A stretch of DNA of 64,000 nt from an uncultured Rhizobiaceae bacterium. Its GTDB lineage: Bacteria > Pseudomonadota > Alphaproteobacteria > Rhizobiales > Rhizobiaceae. Both the position numbers and the translations under genes were made by a program. The DNA lies in NCBI GenBank assembly GCA_964386015.1, contig CAYLSN010000001.1, positions 627 through 64,626 on the forward strand, read 5' to 3'. The notes under the pieces were generated by a model that ran no database searches, was not told the origin of the DNA, and saw only the letters and a program-made list of their open reading frames with translations. Positions 46,187 through 55,366 of this stretch are shown here, in pieces. The first letter of the stretch is position 1; each line of letters begins with the position of its first letter.

Positions 46187-47205
46187 CAGCGCACGACTTC
46201 CTGTTCCCAGCGACGCGCCCACTCGTCATAGACAGTCACGATATACTTCCAGTCGGAAGTCTGGAGCTGGCCGATATTGTCCTCGTTCAGCAGCAGCTTG
46301 GCCTTGACGTCGTCGGGAAGCTTGATCGTGGAGTTTGTCGGGAAATAGCCCAGATTCCTGGCCATCCGCAGGCCGGACTCCTCGCTCAGCAGGTGGTTGA
46401 CGAATTTCTGCGCCAGTTCCGTGTTCGGCCGTCCCTTGACGATGTTCATCGTCGAGCTGAGCGGGAAGAAGCCTTCCTTCGGAATCGCACCGGCGACGTT
46501 CACGCCCTCTTCGTTCTTCGCCCAGGCGATGCGGCCGTCGGTCCAGGTGCTGACATCGATCTCGTTGTTGCGGTAGAGCTGCAGCATTTCCGCATGGCTG
46601 GTGACCCAGACATGGACGTTCTCGGCGAGCTTGGCCATCTGCTCGAAACCGGCATCCGGATTGCGCTCATCGCCGCCGGCCAGCTTGGCGAACATGACGA
46701 TCATGTCGATGTTCTCGGGCCGGAAGCCGCGAAGTGCCAGGCGCCCGGCGAATTCCGGCTTGGCCAGGTCGTACCACGAGGTCGGCGCCTCGATGGCGTC
46801 CGGATTGTAGGCAATGACATAGGCGCCCAGATTCGCCGAAATGGTATAGTCGGAATAGATTGCCTGCGGATAGAGGTGCTTGAGGTTCGGAACGAGTTCG
46901 GGATCGATCTTTTCGAACGCGTCTTCTGCCTCCAGGCGGAGGGCGAAGACGGGATCGGCGATCATGATGTCGATTTCCTTGTTGCGGACACGGGCAAGAT
47001 TGTCGGCGCCGCCAGAAGGAATGACGGTTACCTTGACATTGTGCTCCTCTTCGAAGGACTTGGCGCTTTCCATGACGGTCTGGTCGTAAGCGCCACCGAA
47101 CCCGGTAAGGATCAGCTCGGTCTGGGCGGTCGCGGCACCCGTCCAGATCATGGACGCAGCCGCGAGTGCCGTGCCGAGCAGGCCTCGTTGCAGAATGACA
47201 TTCAT
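46186..47205 (-). CDS. ABC transporter periplasmic substrate-binding protein (PotD/PotF-like family)
   Basis: The RBS AAAGGGAGA precedes ATG 47205. Signal peptide MNVILQRGLLGTALAAASMIWTGAATA. First gene of the operon. Confidence 0.85.
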   Translation of the reverse strand: MNVILQRGLLGTALAAASMIWTGAATAQTELILTGFGGAYDQTVMESAKSFEEEHNVKVTVIPSGGADNLARVRNKEIDIMIADPVFALRLEAEDAFEKIDPELVPNLKHLYPQAIYSDYTISANLGAYVIAYNPDAIEAPTSWYDLAKPEFAGRLALRGFRPENIDMIVMFAKLAGGDERNPDAGFEQMAKLAENVHVWVTSHAEMLQLYRNNEIDVSTWTDGRIAWAKNEEGVNVAGAIPKEGFFPLSSTMNIVKGRPNTELAQKFVNHLLSEESGLRMARNLGYFPTNSTIKLPDDVKAKLLLNEDNIGQLQTSDWKYIVTVYDEWARRWEQEVVR

Positions 47206-47659
47206 TTCATATTCTCCCTTTCACAGTCGTTTCCTCACCGGATCCCATCCGACGGATTCTACGCATAGCAGCCTTTTTTTCCCATGATGAGTCATGCCCG
47301 CAATTGTCCGGAGTTTTCTCGGCTGCGATGCGACAGGAGGCGGGCCCGGACCGCCCGGCCTCCCTTAACAAGTATATACATATTGCAGGAGGGGGCAAGC
47401 AGCTTTCCGGCATGATCCGAAGTTGCCCCGACATGTGCGCGGCAGGGCCGGCGCCAGAGCCCCTTGCAGGCCGGCCAGGGAGCCTGGACCGGGAGGCGAC
47501 CGGCCGGCAAGTGCCATCGCGACCCCGCGCAGGAGCCCGTGATCAGCTCGCCCTGTTGAGACGCTCGAAAGCGGCTTCGAGGTCCTCGATCAGGTCGTCA
47601 ATATCCTCGAGCCCGGCGCATCCTGATTCGTCCGCTCCGTCCTGCCTTCAGTCAGAAAA

Positions 47660-47734
<75 letters not shown>

Positions 47735-47744
47735 ATCGCGCGCC

Positions 47745-47773
47745 TGCATAACCGCCAGCGTCCGCATTTGCAA
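47745..47773 (-). promoter_or_regulatory. Sigma70-type promoter for tRNA-Thr
   Basis: The minus strand reads TTGCAA-N17-TATGCA, with the -10 element ending 10 nt before the mature tRNA 5' end. Confidence 0.5.
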
Positions 47774-47889
47774 GGCGCTTTCGCTGCTGAAAATCGCCGC
47801 ATTCGCTCCGCCGGAGTGCGGCACCGGATCGCAGGGTCTGTTGGCCCGCAACGCCAGGTGCAACATCCGCTTGCCGATTTGACTCGGTC

Positions 47890-48093
47890 ATGACAATTCA
47901 GGTTGCGGACTTGACCGATGGGGTCGCGAGGATGACCAAGGAAGGAAAGCAGCAGGGCGGATCGGGCCAGGAGCGCAGGACGCGCCTGGCCGAGAAGCTG
48001 AGGGAGAACCTGCGTCGCCGCAAGGCGCAGATGCGCGAACGGCGGATGGCCCGGGAAGCGGCGGAGAAGGCACCCCCGGAACGGAAGGAGTGA
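47890..48093 (+). CDS. Small, highly basic hypothetical protein
   Basis: 67-aa ORF (or 53 aa from the internal ATG MTKEGKQ) rich in Arg/Lys/Glu, with no clear RBS. Coding status is uncertain. Confidence 0.35.
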   Translation: MTIQVADLTDGVARMTKEGKQQGGSGQERRTRLAEKLRENLRRRKAQMRERRMAREAAEKAPPERKE

Positions 48094-48232
48094 TCCGCGC
48101 GCAGGGACGCGGCCGGACCCGCTTGCCTGCATGTGTCCCGCCTGCCGTATGAAAGCCCTTTTTCCCTCCCTATCTGCGGGGCATATCTCGTACCATCCAC
48201 CCGAATCGCTTCCAGAAGGAAAGACAGCGCTC

Positions 48233-49525
48233 ATGGACCGGATCAGAATTCGCGGCGGAAACCGGCTGAATGGCGTCATTCCGATTTCCGGCGCAAAGAA
48301 TGCCGCGCTGCCCCTGATGATTGCCTCCCTGCTGACCGAAGAGACCCTGACACTCGAGAACGTCCCGCATCTTGCAGATGTCGAACTCCTGACCCGGATT
48401 CTCGGAAACCACGGCGTCGACTATTCGGTCAACGGCAAGCGGGCCCGGCAGGAGGAAGGATATTCCCGCACCGTGCACTTCACTGCCCGGGAAATCGTCG
48501 ATACGGTTGCCCCTTACGAAATGGTGTCGCGCATGCGCGCCAGCTTCTGGGTGATCGGGCCTCTGCTTGCCCGTTGCGGCGACGCTTCCGTGTCGCTGCC
48601 GGGCGGGTGCGCCATCGGCACGCGCCCTGTCGATCTCTTCATCGAAGGGCTGCAGGCCCTCGGCGCCTCCATCGATCTCGACAATGGCTACGTCAAGGCG
48701 CGTGCCCCGCGGGGCGGCCTGCGCGGCAATCGCTACCGGTTTCCGAAAGTGTCGGTCGGTGCGACGCATGTGCTGATGATGGCCGCATCGCTGGCGCGCG
48801 GAGAGACCGTGATCGAGAATGCGGCGCGCGAACCGGAAGTGGTCGACCTCGCAAACTGCCTGAACTCGATGGGCGCGGAAATTTCCGGCGCCGGCACCTC
48901 GACCCTCACGATCAGCGGCCGGGAAAGCCTGCATGGCGCCAGCCACACGGTCCTTCCGGACCGGATCGAGACGGGCACCTACGCCATTGCCGCGGCGATG
49001 ACCGGCGGCGACATCCTGCTCAAGGGGGCCCAGCCCGACCTGCTGCAGCGTCCGCTCGACTGCATCGCGGAAGCCGGCGCCGAGGTAAGCTTCGGGAACG
49101 AGGGCATTCGCGTCAGGCGCAATGGCGGACCGATTCGCCCGGTGAACATCACGACCGAGCCATTTCCCGGTTTCCCGACCGATCTCCAGGCTCAGTTCAT
49201 GGCACTGATGACCCGGGCAGCCGGCCGGTCAGTGATCACGGAGACCATCTTCGAGAACCGGTTCATGCATGTCCAGGAGCTGGCGCGCCTCGGCGCCAGG
49301 ATCTCGCTCGAAGGCCAGACCGCTCATGTCGAGGGAGTGGAGCGGCTGCGCGGCGCCCCGGTCATGGCGACCGATCTGCGCGCCTCCGTATCGCTGGTGA
49401 TTGCGGGGCTGGCAGCCGAGGGGACAACAGAGGTGCATCGCATCTATCATCTCGACCGGGGGTTCGAGCGCCTGGAGGAAAAGCTCCGGGCCTGCGGCGC
49501 GGCGATCGAGCGCATTTCCGACTGA
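48233..49525 (+). CDS. murA: UDP-N-acetylglucosamine 1-carboxyvinyltransferase
   Basis: Starts at [29 protein letters not shown], with the active-site loop [12 protein letters not shown]. The track ORF from 48131 is over-extended. Confidence 0.95.
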   Translation: MDRIRIRGGNRLNGVIPISGAKNAALPLMIASLLTEETLTLENVPHLADVELLTRILGNHGVDYSVNGKRARQEEGYSRTVHFTAREIVDTVAPYEMVSRMRASFWVIGPLLARCGDASVSLPGGCAIGTRPVDLFIEGLQALGASIDLDNGYVKARAPRGGLRGNRYRFPKVSVGATHVLMMAASLARGETVIENAAREPEVVDLANCLNSMGAEISGAGTSTLTISGRESLHGASHTVLPDRIETGTYAIAAAMTGGDILLKGAQPDLLQRPLDCIAEAGAEVSFGNEGIRVRRNGGPIRPVNITTEPFPGFPTDLQAQFMALMTRAAGRSVITETIFENRFMHVQELARLGARISLEGQTAHVEGVERLRGAPVMATDLRASVSLVIAGLAAEGTTEVHRIYHLDRGFERLEEKLRACGAAIERISD

Positions 49526-49605
49526 GCTTGAATTCGCCGGCGCGATCTTTACCTTTGCGGCATGGCCGCCTATCAGAAGGATCGAACCAGCCGGTGGATC
49601 GGACA

Positions 49606-50043
49606 GTGACAGAATTCCTCCGCCTCGTCGCCCTCGATACGGACGACCTCAAGGTCATTTCGGCCTGCGTCCAGGATGCGGTGGCACGCGTCGGCGACCT
49701 TGAATATGTTCCGTCCCCCGGCAAGTTCATCGTGACGATGAACCGGTTTGCTTGGGAAAAGGAAAGTGCCGGGCAGGTCCGCATTCATGAACGCCGCCGC
49801 AGCGTCCTCCATTTCGACCGCGTGCTCTCTGTCGCCCGGACCGGCTTCGACCCGGACCAGCCGGACACGGTCCTCTCGCTCCTGGCGGTCACCTTCCATC
49901 CCGAAGAAGATCCGTCGGGGACGATCGAGCTGGTCTTTGCCGGCGGCGCCGGAGTGCGCCTGAAGGTGGAGTGCATCGAGGCGCGGCTTGCCGATCTCGG
50001 CGGTGCATGGGCCACCGAATACAAGCCTTCCCACCCGGAATAG
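49606..50043 (+). CDS. DUF2948 family protein
   Basis: The terminal part of the 48133-50043 frame, from GTG 49606 (or 49594): TEFLRLVALDTDDLKVISACVQDAV... The rest of that 636-aa ORF is an out-of-frame shadow of murA. Confidence 0.75.
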   Translation: MTEFLRLVALDTDDLKVISACVQDAVARVGDLEYVPSPGKFIVTMNRFAWEKESAGQVRIHERRRSVLHFDRVLSVARTGFDPDQPDTVLSLLAVTFHPEEDPSGTIELVFAGGAGVRLKVECIEARLADLGGAWATEYKPSHPE

Positions 50044-50052
50044 GGGGCCATC

Positions 50053-51363
50053 ATGGTATTGCGGCTGGATGCCGGCACCGTCGATTTCGAGGCGCGCCTC
50101 TCGCAGTTCCTGGAACGGCGAAGGGAGAGCGCCAGCGAGGTCGACGCGGAAGCGGCGCGGATCATTGCCGACATACGCGAAAGGGGCGACCGTGCCCTGG
50201 CCGAGCACACGCTTCGCCTCGACCGCACGGACTTCGCCAGCGTGCCGATGCGCGTCTCCCCGCAGGAGATGCGGGCGGCACTCGACGGCGTCGCGCCGGA
50301 TCTTCGCGCGGCGCTCGAGCTCGCCCGCGATCGTATCGCGGCGCATCACATGCGGCAGAAACCTGCGGATTGCCGCTATGTCGATGCGATCGGCGCCGAA
50401 CTTGGCTGGCAGTGGCGACCGGTGGAATCCGTCGGCCTGTACGTCCCCGGCGGCACGGCGAGCTATCCGAGTTCGGTTCTGATGAATGCCGTGCCTGCAT
50501 CGGTAGCGGGAGTCCGCCGCATCGTCATGACCGTTCCCGCCCCGCAAGGAAGGCTGAACCCGCTGGTGCTCGCCGCCGCCGAACTGGCGGGCGTGCAGGA
50601 AGTCTATCGCATCGGAGGCGCGCAGGCCATTGCGGCGCTGGCCTATGGCACGGAGACGATCCGGCCGGTTTCCAAGATCGTCGGTCCCGGCAATGCCTGG
50701 GTTGCCGCCGCCAAGCGCCAGGTCTTCGGCGTCGTCGGCATCGACATGGTCGCCGGCCCATCCGAGATCCTGGTGCTGGCGGATGCCGGCAACGATCCTG
50801 CCTGGATCGCCGCCGACCTCCTGGCCCAGGCCGAGCATGACCCGGCCGCACAGGCGATCCTGATTACCGACGATCCCGAATTTGCCGACGCAGTCGCCGC
50901 GGCAGTGGAACGCCAGCTCGCCACCCTGTCCCGCTCCACGATCGCGCGCCAGAGCTGGGAGGCCAATGGCGCCATCATCCTCGTGCCGGACCTCTTCGCC
51001 GCCGTTCCTCTCGTCAACCGGTTTGCTCCCGAGCATCTGGAACTGGCATTCGCGGAGGCCGAAAGCTTCGTGCCGAAAGTCGAGAATGCCGGCGCCATCT
51101 TCATCGGCAGGCACACTCCGGAAGTCATCGGCGACTATGTCGGCGGCTCGAACCACGTCCTGCCCACCTCGCGCACCGCCCGCTTCTCGTCCGGGCTTTC
51201 GGTGCTCGACTTCATGAAACGATCGTCGCTGCTGAAGCTCGGCCCGGACCAGCTCGCGGTGCTCGGTCCGGCTGCAGTGACGCTGGCGGAAGCGGAAGGG
51301 CTGGGCGCGCATGCACGCTCGGTGGCAATCAGGATGAACAGCCGCCAGGCCAACCGGGTCTGA
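50053..51363 (+). CDS. hisD: Histidinol dehydrogenase
   Basis: 436 aa with [40 protein letters not shown] and [14 protein letters not shown]. Confidence 0.95.
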   Translation: MVLRLDAGTVDFEARLSQFLERRRESASEVDAEAARIIADIRERGDRALAEHTLRLDRTDFASVPMRVSPQEMRAALDGVAPDLRAALELARDRIAAHHMRQKPADCRYVDAIGAELGWQWRPVESVGLYVPGGTASYPSSVLMNAVPASVAGVRRIVMTVPAPQGRLNPLVLAAAELAGVQEVYRIGGAQAIAALAYGTETIRPVSKIVGPGNAWVAAAKRQVFGVVGIDMVAGPSEILVLADAGNDPAWIAADLLAQAEHDPAAQAILITDDPEFADAVAAAVERQLATLSRSTIARQSWEANGAIILVPDLFAAVPLVNRFAPEHLELAFAEAESFVPKVENAGAIFIGRHTPEVIGDYVGGSNHVLPTSRTARFSSGLSVLDFMKRSSLLKLGPDQLAVLGPAAVTLAEAEGLGAHARSVAIRMNSRQANRV

Positions 51364-51434
51364 ATGGAAGCAACCGCATGTGCAGTCGCAGGGAACATGG
51401 CAGACGATCCGTTCCCGACGGGCGATAGGGCGTC

Positions 51435-51917
51435 ATGGGCAAGGCAGAGGACAATCACCGGCTGGTGGATGTCGTACTCGACGAATCGATCGGACAATCG
51501 ACGCCGGACATCGAGCACGAGCGCGCGGTCGCGATCTTCGATCTTCTCGAGGACAACTGGTTCCGCCCGTGCAGGGACGACGCCGCCGGGCCCTACAGGC
51601 TGGTACTGTCCCTCGTCGATTCGCGCCTGATCCTTTCGGTACGGCAGGTCGATGATCGCGAGATCGTGACCCATATCCTGTCGCTCACGCCCCTGCGCCG
51701 GATCGTCAAGGACTACTTCATGGTCTGCGAGAGCTACTACGAGGCGATCCGCACCGCCTCGCCCAGCCAGATCGAGGCCATCGACATGGGCCGGCGCGGT
51801 CTTCACAACGAAGGTTCGCAGACCCTGCAGCAGAGGCTGGCGGGCAAGATCGAGATGGATTTCGACACTGCGCGCCGTCTGTTCACCCTGGTTTGCGTGC
51901 TGCATTGGCGCCGGTGA
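51435..51917 (+). CDS. UPF0262 family protein
   Basis: [35 protein letters not shown] is the family signature as recalled. Confidence 0.85.
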   Translation: MGKAEDNHRLVDVVLDESIGQSTPDIEHERAVAIFDLLEDNWFRPCRDDAAGPYRLVLSLVDSRLILSVRQVDDREIVTHILSLTPLRRIVKDYFMVCESYYEAIRTASPSQIEAIDMGRRGLHNEGSQTLQQRLAGKIEMDFDTARRLFTLVCVLHWRR

Positions 51918-51922
51918 AGAAG

Positions 51923-52369
51923 ATGACAGCGGCGCCCGAGCGTCGAAAGCTTCCTGGCTCCATCCTGTTCCTGTGCGGGATGAACGCGATCCGGTCGCCG
52001 ATCGCGGCCGCCCTCGCCCGCCAGATGCTGCCGTCGGGGATCTTCATCGCTTCGGCGGGAGTAAGGCGCGGCGAACGCGATCCGTTCGTCGATGCCGTGC
52101 TGAACGAAGCAGGGCTGTCGCTGGGCGAGCACAGGCCGCAGACCCTCGAGGATCTGGCGGACAGCTATTTCGATCTGGTCGTCACGCTGGCGCCGGAAGC
52201 GCATCATGCGGCGCTGGAGTTGACGCGCTCGGCCGCGATCGACGTCGAATACTGGCCAACGGCCGACCCGACCGTGGTCACCGGCACCCGGCAGCAGATT
52301 CTCGAAGCCTACCGGGATACGCGCGATCATCTCGCCGGGGCGATCCGGAAAAGATTCATCGGCGACTGA
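51923..52369 (+). CDS. Low-molecular-weight phosphotyrosine phosphatase / ArsC-like family protein
   Basis: CX5R(S) P-loop ILFLCGMNAIRSP. The start is ATG 51923, or GTG 51914 overlapping the upstream stop. Confidence 0.8.
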   Translation: MTAAPERRKLPGSILFLCGMNAIRSPIAAALARQMLPSGIFIASAGVRRGERDPFVDAVLNEAGLSLGEHRPQTLEDLADSYFDLVVTLAPEAHHAALELTRSAAIDVEYWPTADPTVVTGTRQQILEAYRDTRDHLAGAIRKRFIGD

Positions 52370-52453
52370 CTGGGCGCGGCTTGCGCGAACAGGGGATGTG
52401 GCCCTATCGATGCGGTACCGGACCGAAGACGCGGGCGCGGAAGGAATGGCAGG

Positions 52454-53926
52454 ATGATGGATACCGGGGAAAGGAGCAATCCGGGCGCTTTGCTGGCCTA
52501 TGTCGCGTTCCTGCTTCTGGTCCTCATCCCCGCCAGCGGCCTTCTTCACAAGGCGGGCGTGCCGGCGCATATTCTTTCCGCCGCCGCCTGGGTGGTGCTG
52601 CTCGGCGCAACGATTCTTCCTGTAATTCCTGCCGTCTCCCGAGGCTTTCATGCCTATGCCCGGCCTGACCCCGTCACGCCGGTTCCCCTTGCCGCCCTGC
52701 TGACAATGGCCGCGATGCTGCCGGCGGGAATGGCGCTGGCGGTGGCGTCGGCTGCGAGCTGGCAGTTCGCCGCCTTCGCGGCAGGTGCGCCCGTGCTCGG
52801 CCTCGTCGTTTCCTTCGCATTGCGCCGCGTCAGCGGAGGTGCCCTTCATCCGGCGGAACTCGCACATTTCGTGGAGGAACGCAGCGGTTCCCGCTGGCTG
52901 GCGCTGGCAGTCTGCCTGCTCCTTGCCATGCCATTATTCGCGATTCTTTGCGGACAGACGGCCGCTTTCAGCCGGCTGGCAGAGGCCTATCTCGGCATGG
53001 GTTTCGCCCTGGCGGTCGCGTTCTGCCTCGTCCTCGCGGCAGTGCAGGTCCTGCTGGCCGGAGCGACCGGAATCGTTCTTGGCAGCGCCGGCCTCTTTCT
53101 CGCCGTCCTTGCCACGGCGCTCCTCGCATGGATGCACCCGGACAGCGAGATGCCGATTGCGCGCACCCCGGACCTTGCCGGGATCGCAGTGCTGGCCCTG
53201 CCTTTCCTTCCGTCTCCGGAGGAGATCGCCGATACGGTTTCCTTCTCGGCGTCGCTCGCCGTCATCGGCCTCGGCTTCGGCGTGTTGCCGAGCCTGTCGC
53301 TGGATGCCGTTTCCCCCCGCCAGCCCTTGCGCAGAGACCTGCTTGCGCTCGCCATGGTCGTGTCGCTGCTGCTTGCCCTGGGATGGATCTTCCAGGCCTG
53401 GCAGCTGCCCACGGACGCGATGCATGGCCCGGCAATTCGGGTGGTTGGCGAAATGGCGAACCGGCTGGCGCAATTGCTTCTGCTCGCGGGGCTGATGGTC
53501 TGCGCTGCCGTGCCGCTGTTCTCCATCGCGCTGCTCGCCGCCAGCCTGCTGCGTCCGAACCTTCGGGGCCATCTTCCGGGCCGTCGCCTGGCGCTGGCGC
53601 GATTCTCCATCCTGCTGGTCGCGGCCGCGGCCGGATGGGTGGTGGTGAATCACGAGGCTGCGATCGCGCCGGCGGCGAGGGTGACGCTGGCAATGGCGGC
53701 AGCATTGGTCCCGCCCGTGTGCCTGGCCCTGCTGTTGCGCCAGGCATCGGTATGGGTCGGACTGGCTGCAATGTCGGCAGGCGCGGCAGCAGCCGTGACG
53801 GCGGACCTGGCTGCGGGAGCGGCTCCCCCGTTGATTTGCGCCGCCCTGGCCTGCATGCTGGCAGCGTCGGCGGTGGTCGCAGCGGCATGGATCGCTCGCC
53901 TCCGCCTGCTCCGGAGAGGATCCTGA
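52454..53926 (+). CDS. Uncharacterised polytopic inner-membrane protein
   Basis: 490 aa, rich in Ala/Leu/Val, with roughly a dozen hydrophobic segments and GC-rich third positions. I recognise no family. The stop lies 3 nt before kynU. Confidence 0.6.
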   Translation: MMDTGERSNPGALLAYVAFLLLVLIPASGLLHKAGVPAHILSAAAWVVLLGATILPVIPAVSRGFHAYARPDPVTPVPLAALLTMAAMLPAGMALAVASAASWQFAAFAAGAPVLGLVVSFALRRVSGGALHPAELAHFVEERSGSRWLALAVCLLLAMPLFAILCGQTAAFSRLAEAYLGMGFALAVAFCLVLAAVQVLLAGATGIVLGSAGLFLAVLATALLAWMHPDSEMPIARTPDLAGIAVLALPFLPSPEEIADTVSFSASLAVIGLGFGVLPSLSLDAVSPRQPLRRDLLALAMVVSLLLALGWIFQAWQLPTDAMHGPAIRVVGEMANRLAQLLLLAGLMVCAAVPLFSIALLAASLLRPNLRGHLPGRRLALARFSILLVAAAAGWVVVNHEAAIAPAARVTLAMAAALVPPVCLALLLRQASVWVGLAAMSAGAAAAVTADLAAGAAPPLICAALACMLAASAVVAAAWIARLRLLRRGS

Positions 53927-53929
53927 ACC

Positions 53930-55171
53930 ATGGTGCTGGAATTGCGGAACCGGGCCTTGCTGCTCGATCGCGACGACGAGCTTGCCCATTGCCGGAACCG
54001 GTTCCGGTTGCCGGACGGCCTGATCTATCTTTGCGGCAACTCGCTCGGCGCAATGCCAGCGGGAATCGCAGAGCGCCTTGCCCGGTCCGTGACCGACGAA
54101 TGGGCCGATGGACTGGTCAAGAGCTGGAACACTGCGGGATGGATCGAACTGCCGCGCGTGACGGCCAGTCATCTCGCCCGGCTGATCGGCGCGGATCCGG
54201 AATGCGTGGCTGTCACCGATTCGACCTCCGTGAACCTGTTCAAGGTCCTGAGCGCCGCCCTCGCCCTCAATCCCGGCCGGCGGAGAATCGTCTCGGAACG
54301 CGACAATTTTCCGACTGACCTCTACATCGCCGATGGGCTGGTCCGCTTCCTGGGCGGCAGGCACGAGCTGGTTCTGGTCGATCATCCCGACGAGATCGGC
54401 CCCGCACTCGACGACCGGACGGCCGTGCTCATGCTCAGCCATGTGAACTACCGCACCGGCCGCCTGCTCGACATGAAGCGGATTACGGAACTCGCGCACG
54501 CCGCGGGTGCGCTGGCGATCTGGGATCTGGCGCACTCTGCCGGCGCCATCGAGGTCGACGTCACGGGCTGCAATGTCGATTTCGCCGTCGGGTGCGGCTA
54601 CAAATATCTGAATGGAGGACCGGGAGCGCCAGCCTTCCTCTATGTCAGCCACCGCCATGCTGCGCAGGCTTCCCAGCCCCTGTCGGGCTGGTTTTCGCAC
54701 CGGGAACCCTTCGCTTTCGACCCTGCCTATGCACCCGCGGCGGGAATTGCCCGTTTCCATACGGGCACACCTCCGATCCTTTCCATGGTGGCGCTCAATG
54801 AAGCGCTGAATGTCTGGCGCGACGTCGACATGGCCGCGATCCGCCGCAAGTCCGTTGCGCTGACGGACCTGTTCATCGAGGCGGTTGAGAGACTGTGCCC
54901 GCAACTGCAGCTGGTCACGCCCCGCGATCCGCAGCTGCGCGGAAGCCAGATATGCCTTTCAACGCCAGAGGGTGGCCATGCCATCATGCGGGCCCTGATT
55001 GCCCACGGCGTCGTCGGCGACTTCCGGGCACCGGACATTTTGAGATTCGGATTTGCCCCGCTTTACAACCGGTTCGAAGAAGCGGTCCGCGCCGCGGAGA
55101 TCCTGGCCGATATCCTCGAACGGGAAACCTGGCGGCAGCCCGAATTCCAGATCCGCGAGCGCGTGACCTGA
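53930..55171 (+). CDS. kynU: Kynureninase
   Basis: 413 aa with the PLP-lysine block DFAVGCGYKYLNGGPGAPAF and SHVNYRTGRLLDM. The SD GGAGAGGA sits inside the end of the upstream ORF. Confidence 0.9.
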   Translation: MVLELRNRALLLDRDDELAHCRNRFRLPDGLIYLCGNSLGAMPAGIAERLARSVTDEWADGLVKSWNTAGWIELPRVTASHLARLIGADPECVAVTDSTSVNLFKVLSAALALNPGRRRIVSERDNFPTDLYIADGLVRFLGGRHELVLVDHPDEIGPALDDRTAVLMLSHVNYRTGRLLDMKRITELAHAAGALAIWDLAHSAGAIEVDVTGCNVDFAVGCGYKYLNGGPGAPAFLYVSHRHAAQASQPLSGWFSHREPFAFDPAYAPAAGIARFHTGTPPILSMVALNEALNVWRDVDMAAIRRKSVALTDLFIEAVERLCPQLQLVTPRDPQLRGSQICLSTPEGGHAIMRALIAHGVVGDFRAPDILRFGFAPLYNRFEEAVRAAEILADILERETWRQPEFQIRERVT

Positions 55172-55270
55172 TTGCGCGCCCCGCTTCGCAAATGGCCAAG
55201 GGTCATTCGCGAATCGACAAGGAAATTGCGACAACCCTGCCAGAATGCGCCTGTTGCAGAGGAGGGGAAC

Positions 55271-55366
55271 ATGCCGCTTGCCATGAACCGGATGCCCCGT
55301 GGCGTGGCCGCCGCCGGCGGCAATGTGCGCGTCGGCCTTGAAGACAGGCGGCGGGCGTCGCGATGA
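55271..55366 (+). pseudogene. 31-codon upstream ORF resembling the C-terminal motif of a BKACE (DUF849) enzyme; probable gene relic
   Basis: The strong SD GGAGGGG precedes ATG 55271. The peptide MPLAMNRMPRGVAAAGGNVRVGLEDRRRASR contains GGNVRVGLED, the BKACE C-terminal signature as recalled. The stop overlaps the next ATG (ATGA). Confidence 0.4.

Noticed and set aside
47541-47650. Coding-like minus-strand fragment (…GLEDIDDLIEDLEAAFERLNRAS*) next to the tRNA as a small antitoxin-like gene
   Set aside because: The frame has no ATG/GTG/TTG start after the preceding in-frame stop and no RBS, and I recognise no family. It is kept only as part of the intergenic-region finding.
48133-50043. 636-aa ORF spanning murA and the next gene
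   Set aside because: It runs out of frame through murA. Only its last roughly 146 codons (from GTG 49606) correspond to a recognisable protein, DUF2948.
52934-54904. 656-aa minus-strand ORF opposite the membrane-protein and kynU genes
   Set aside because: It is antisense to kynureninase, whose PLP-lysine block is present. Composition is Arg/Gly/Gln-rich and it is a shadow ORF.
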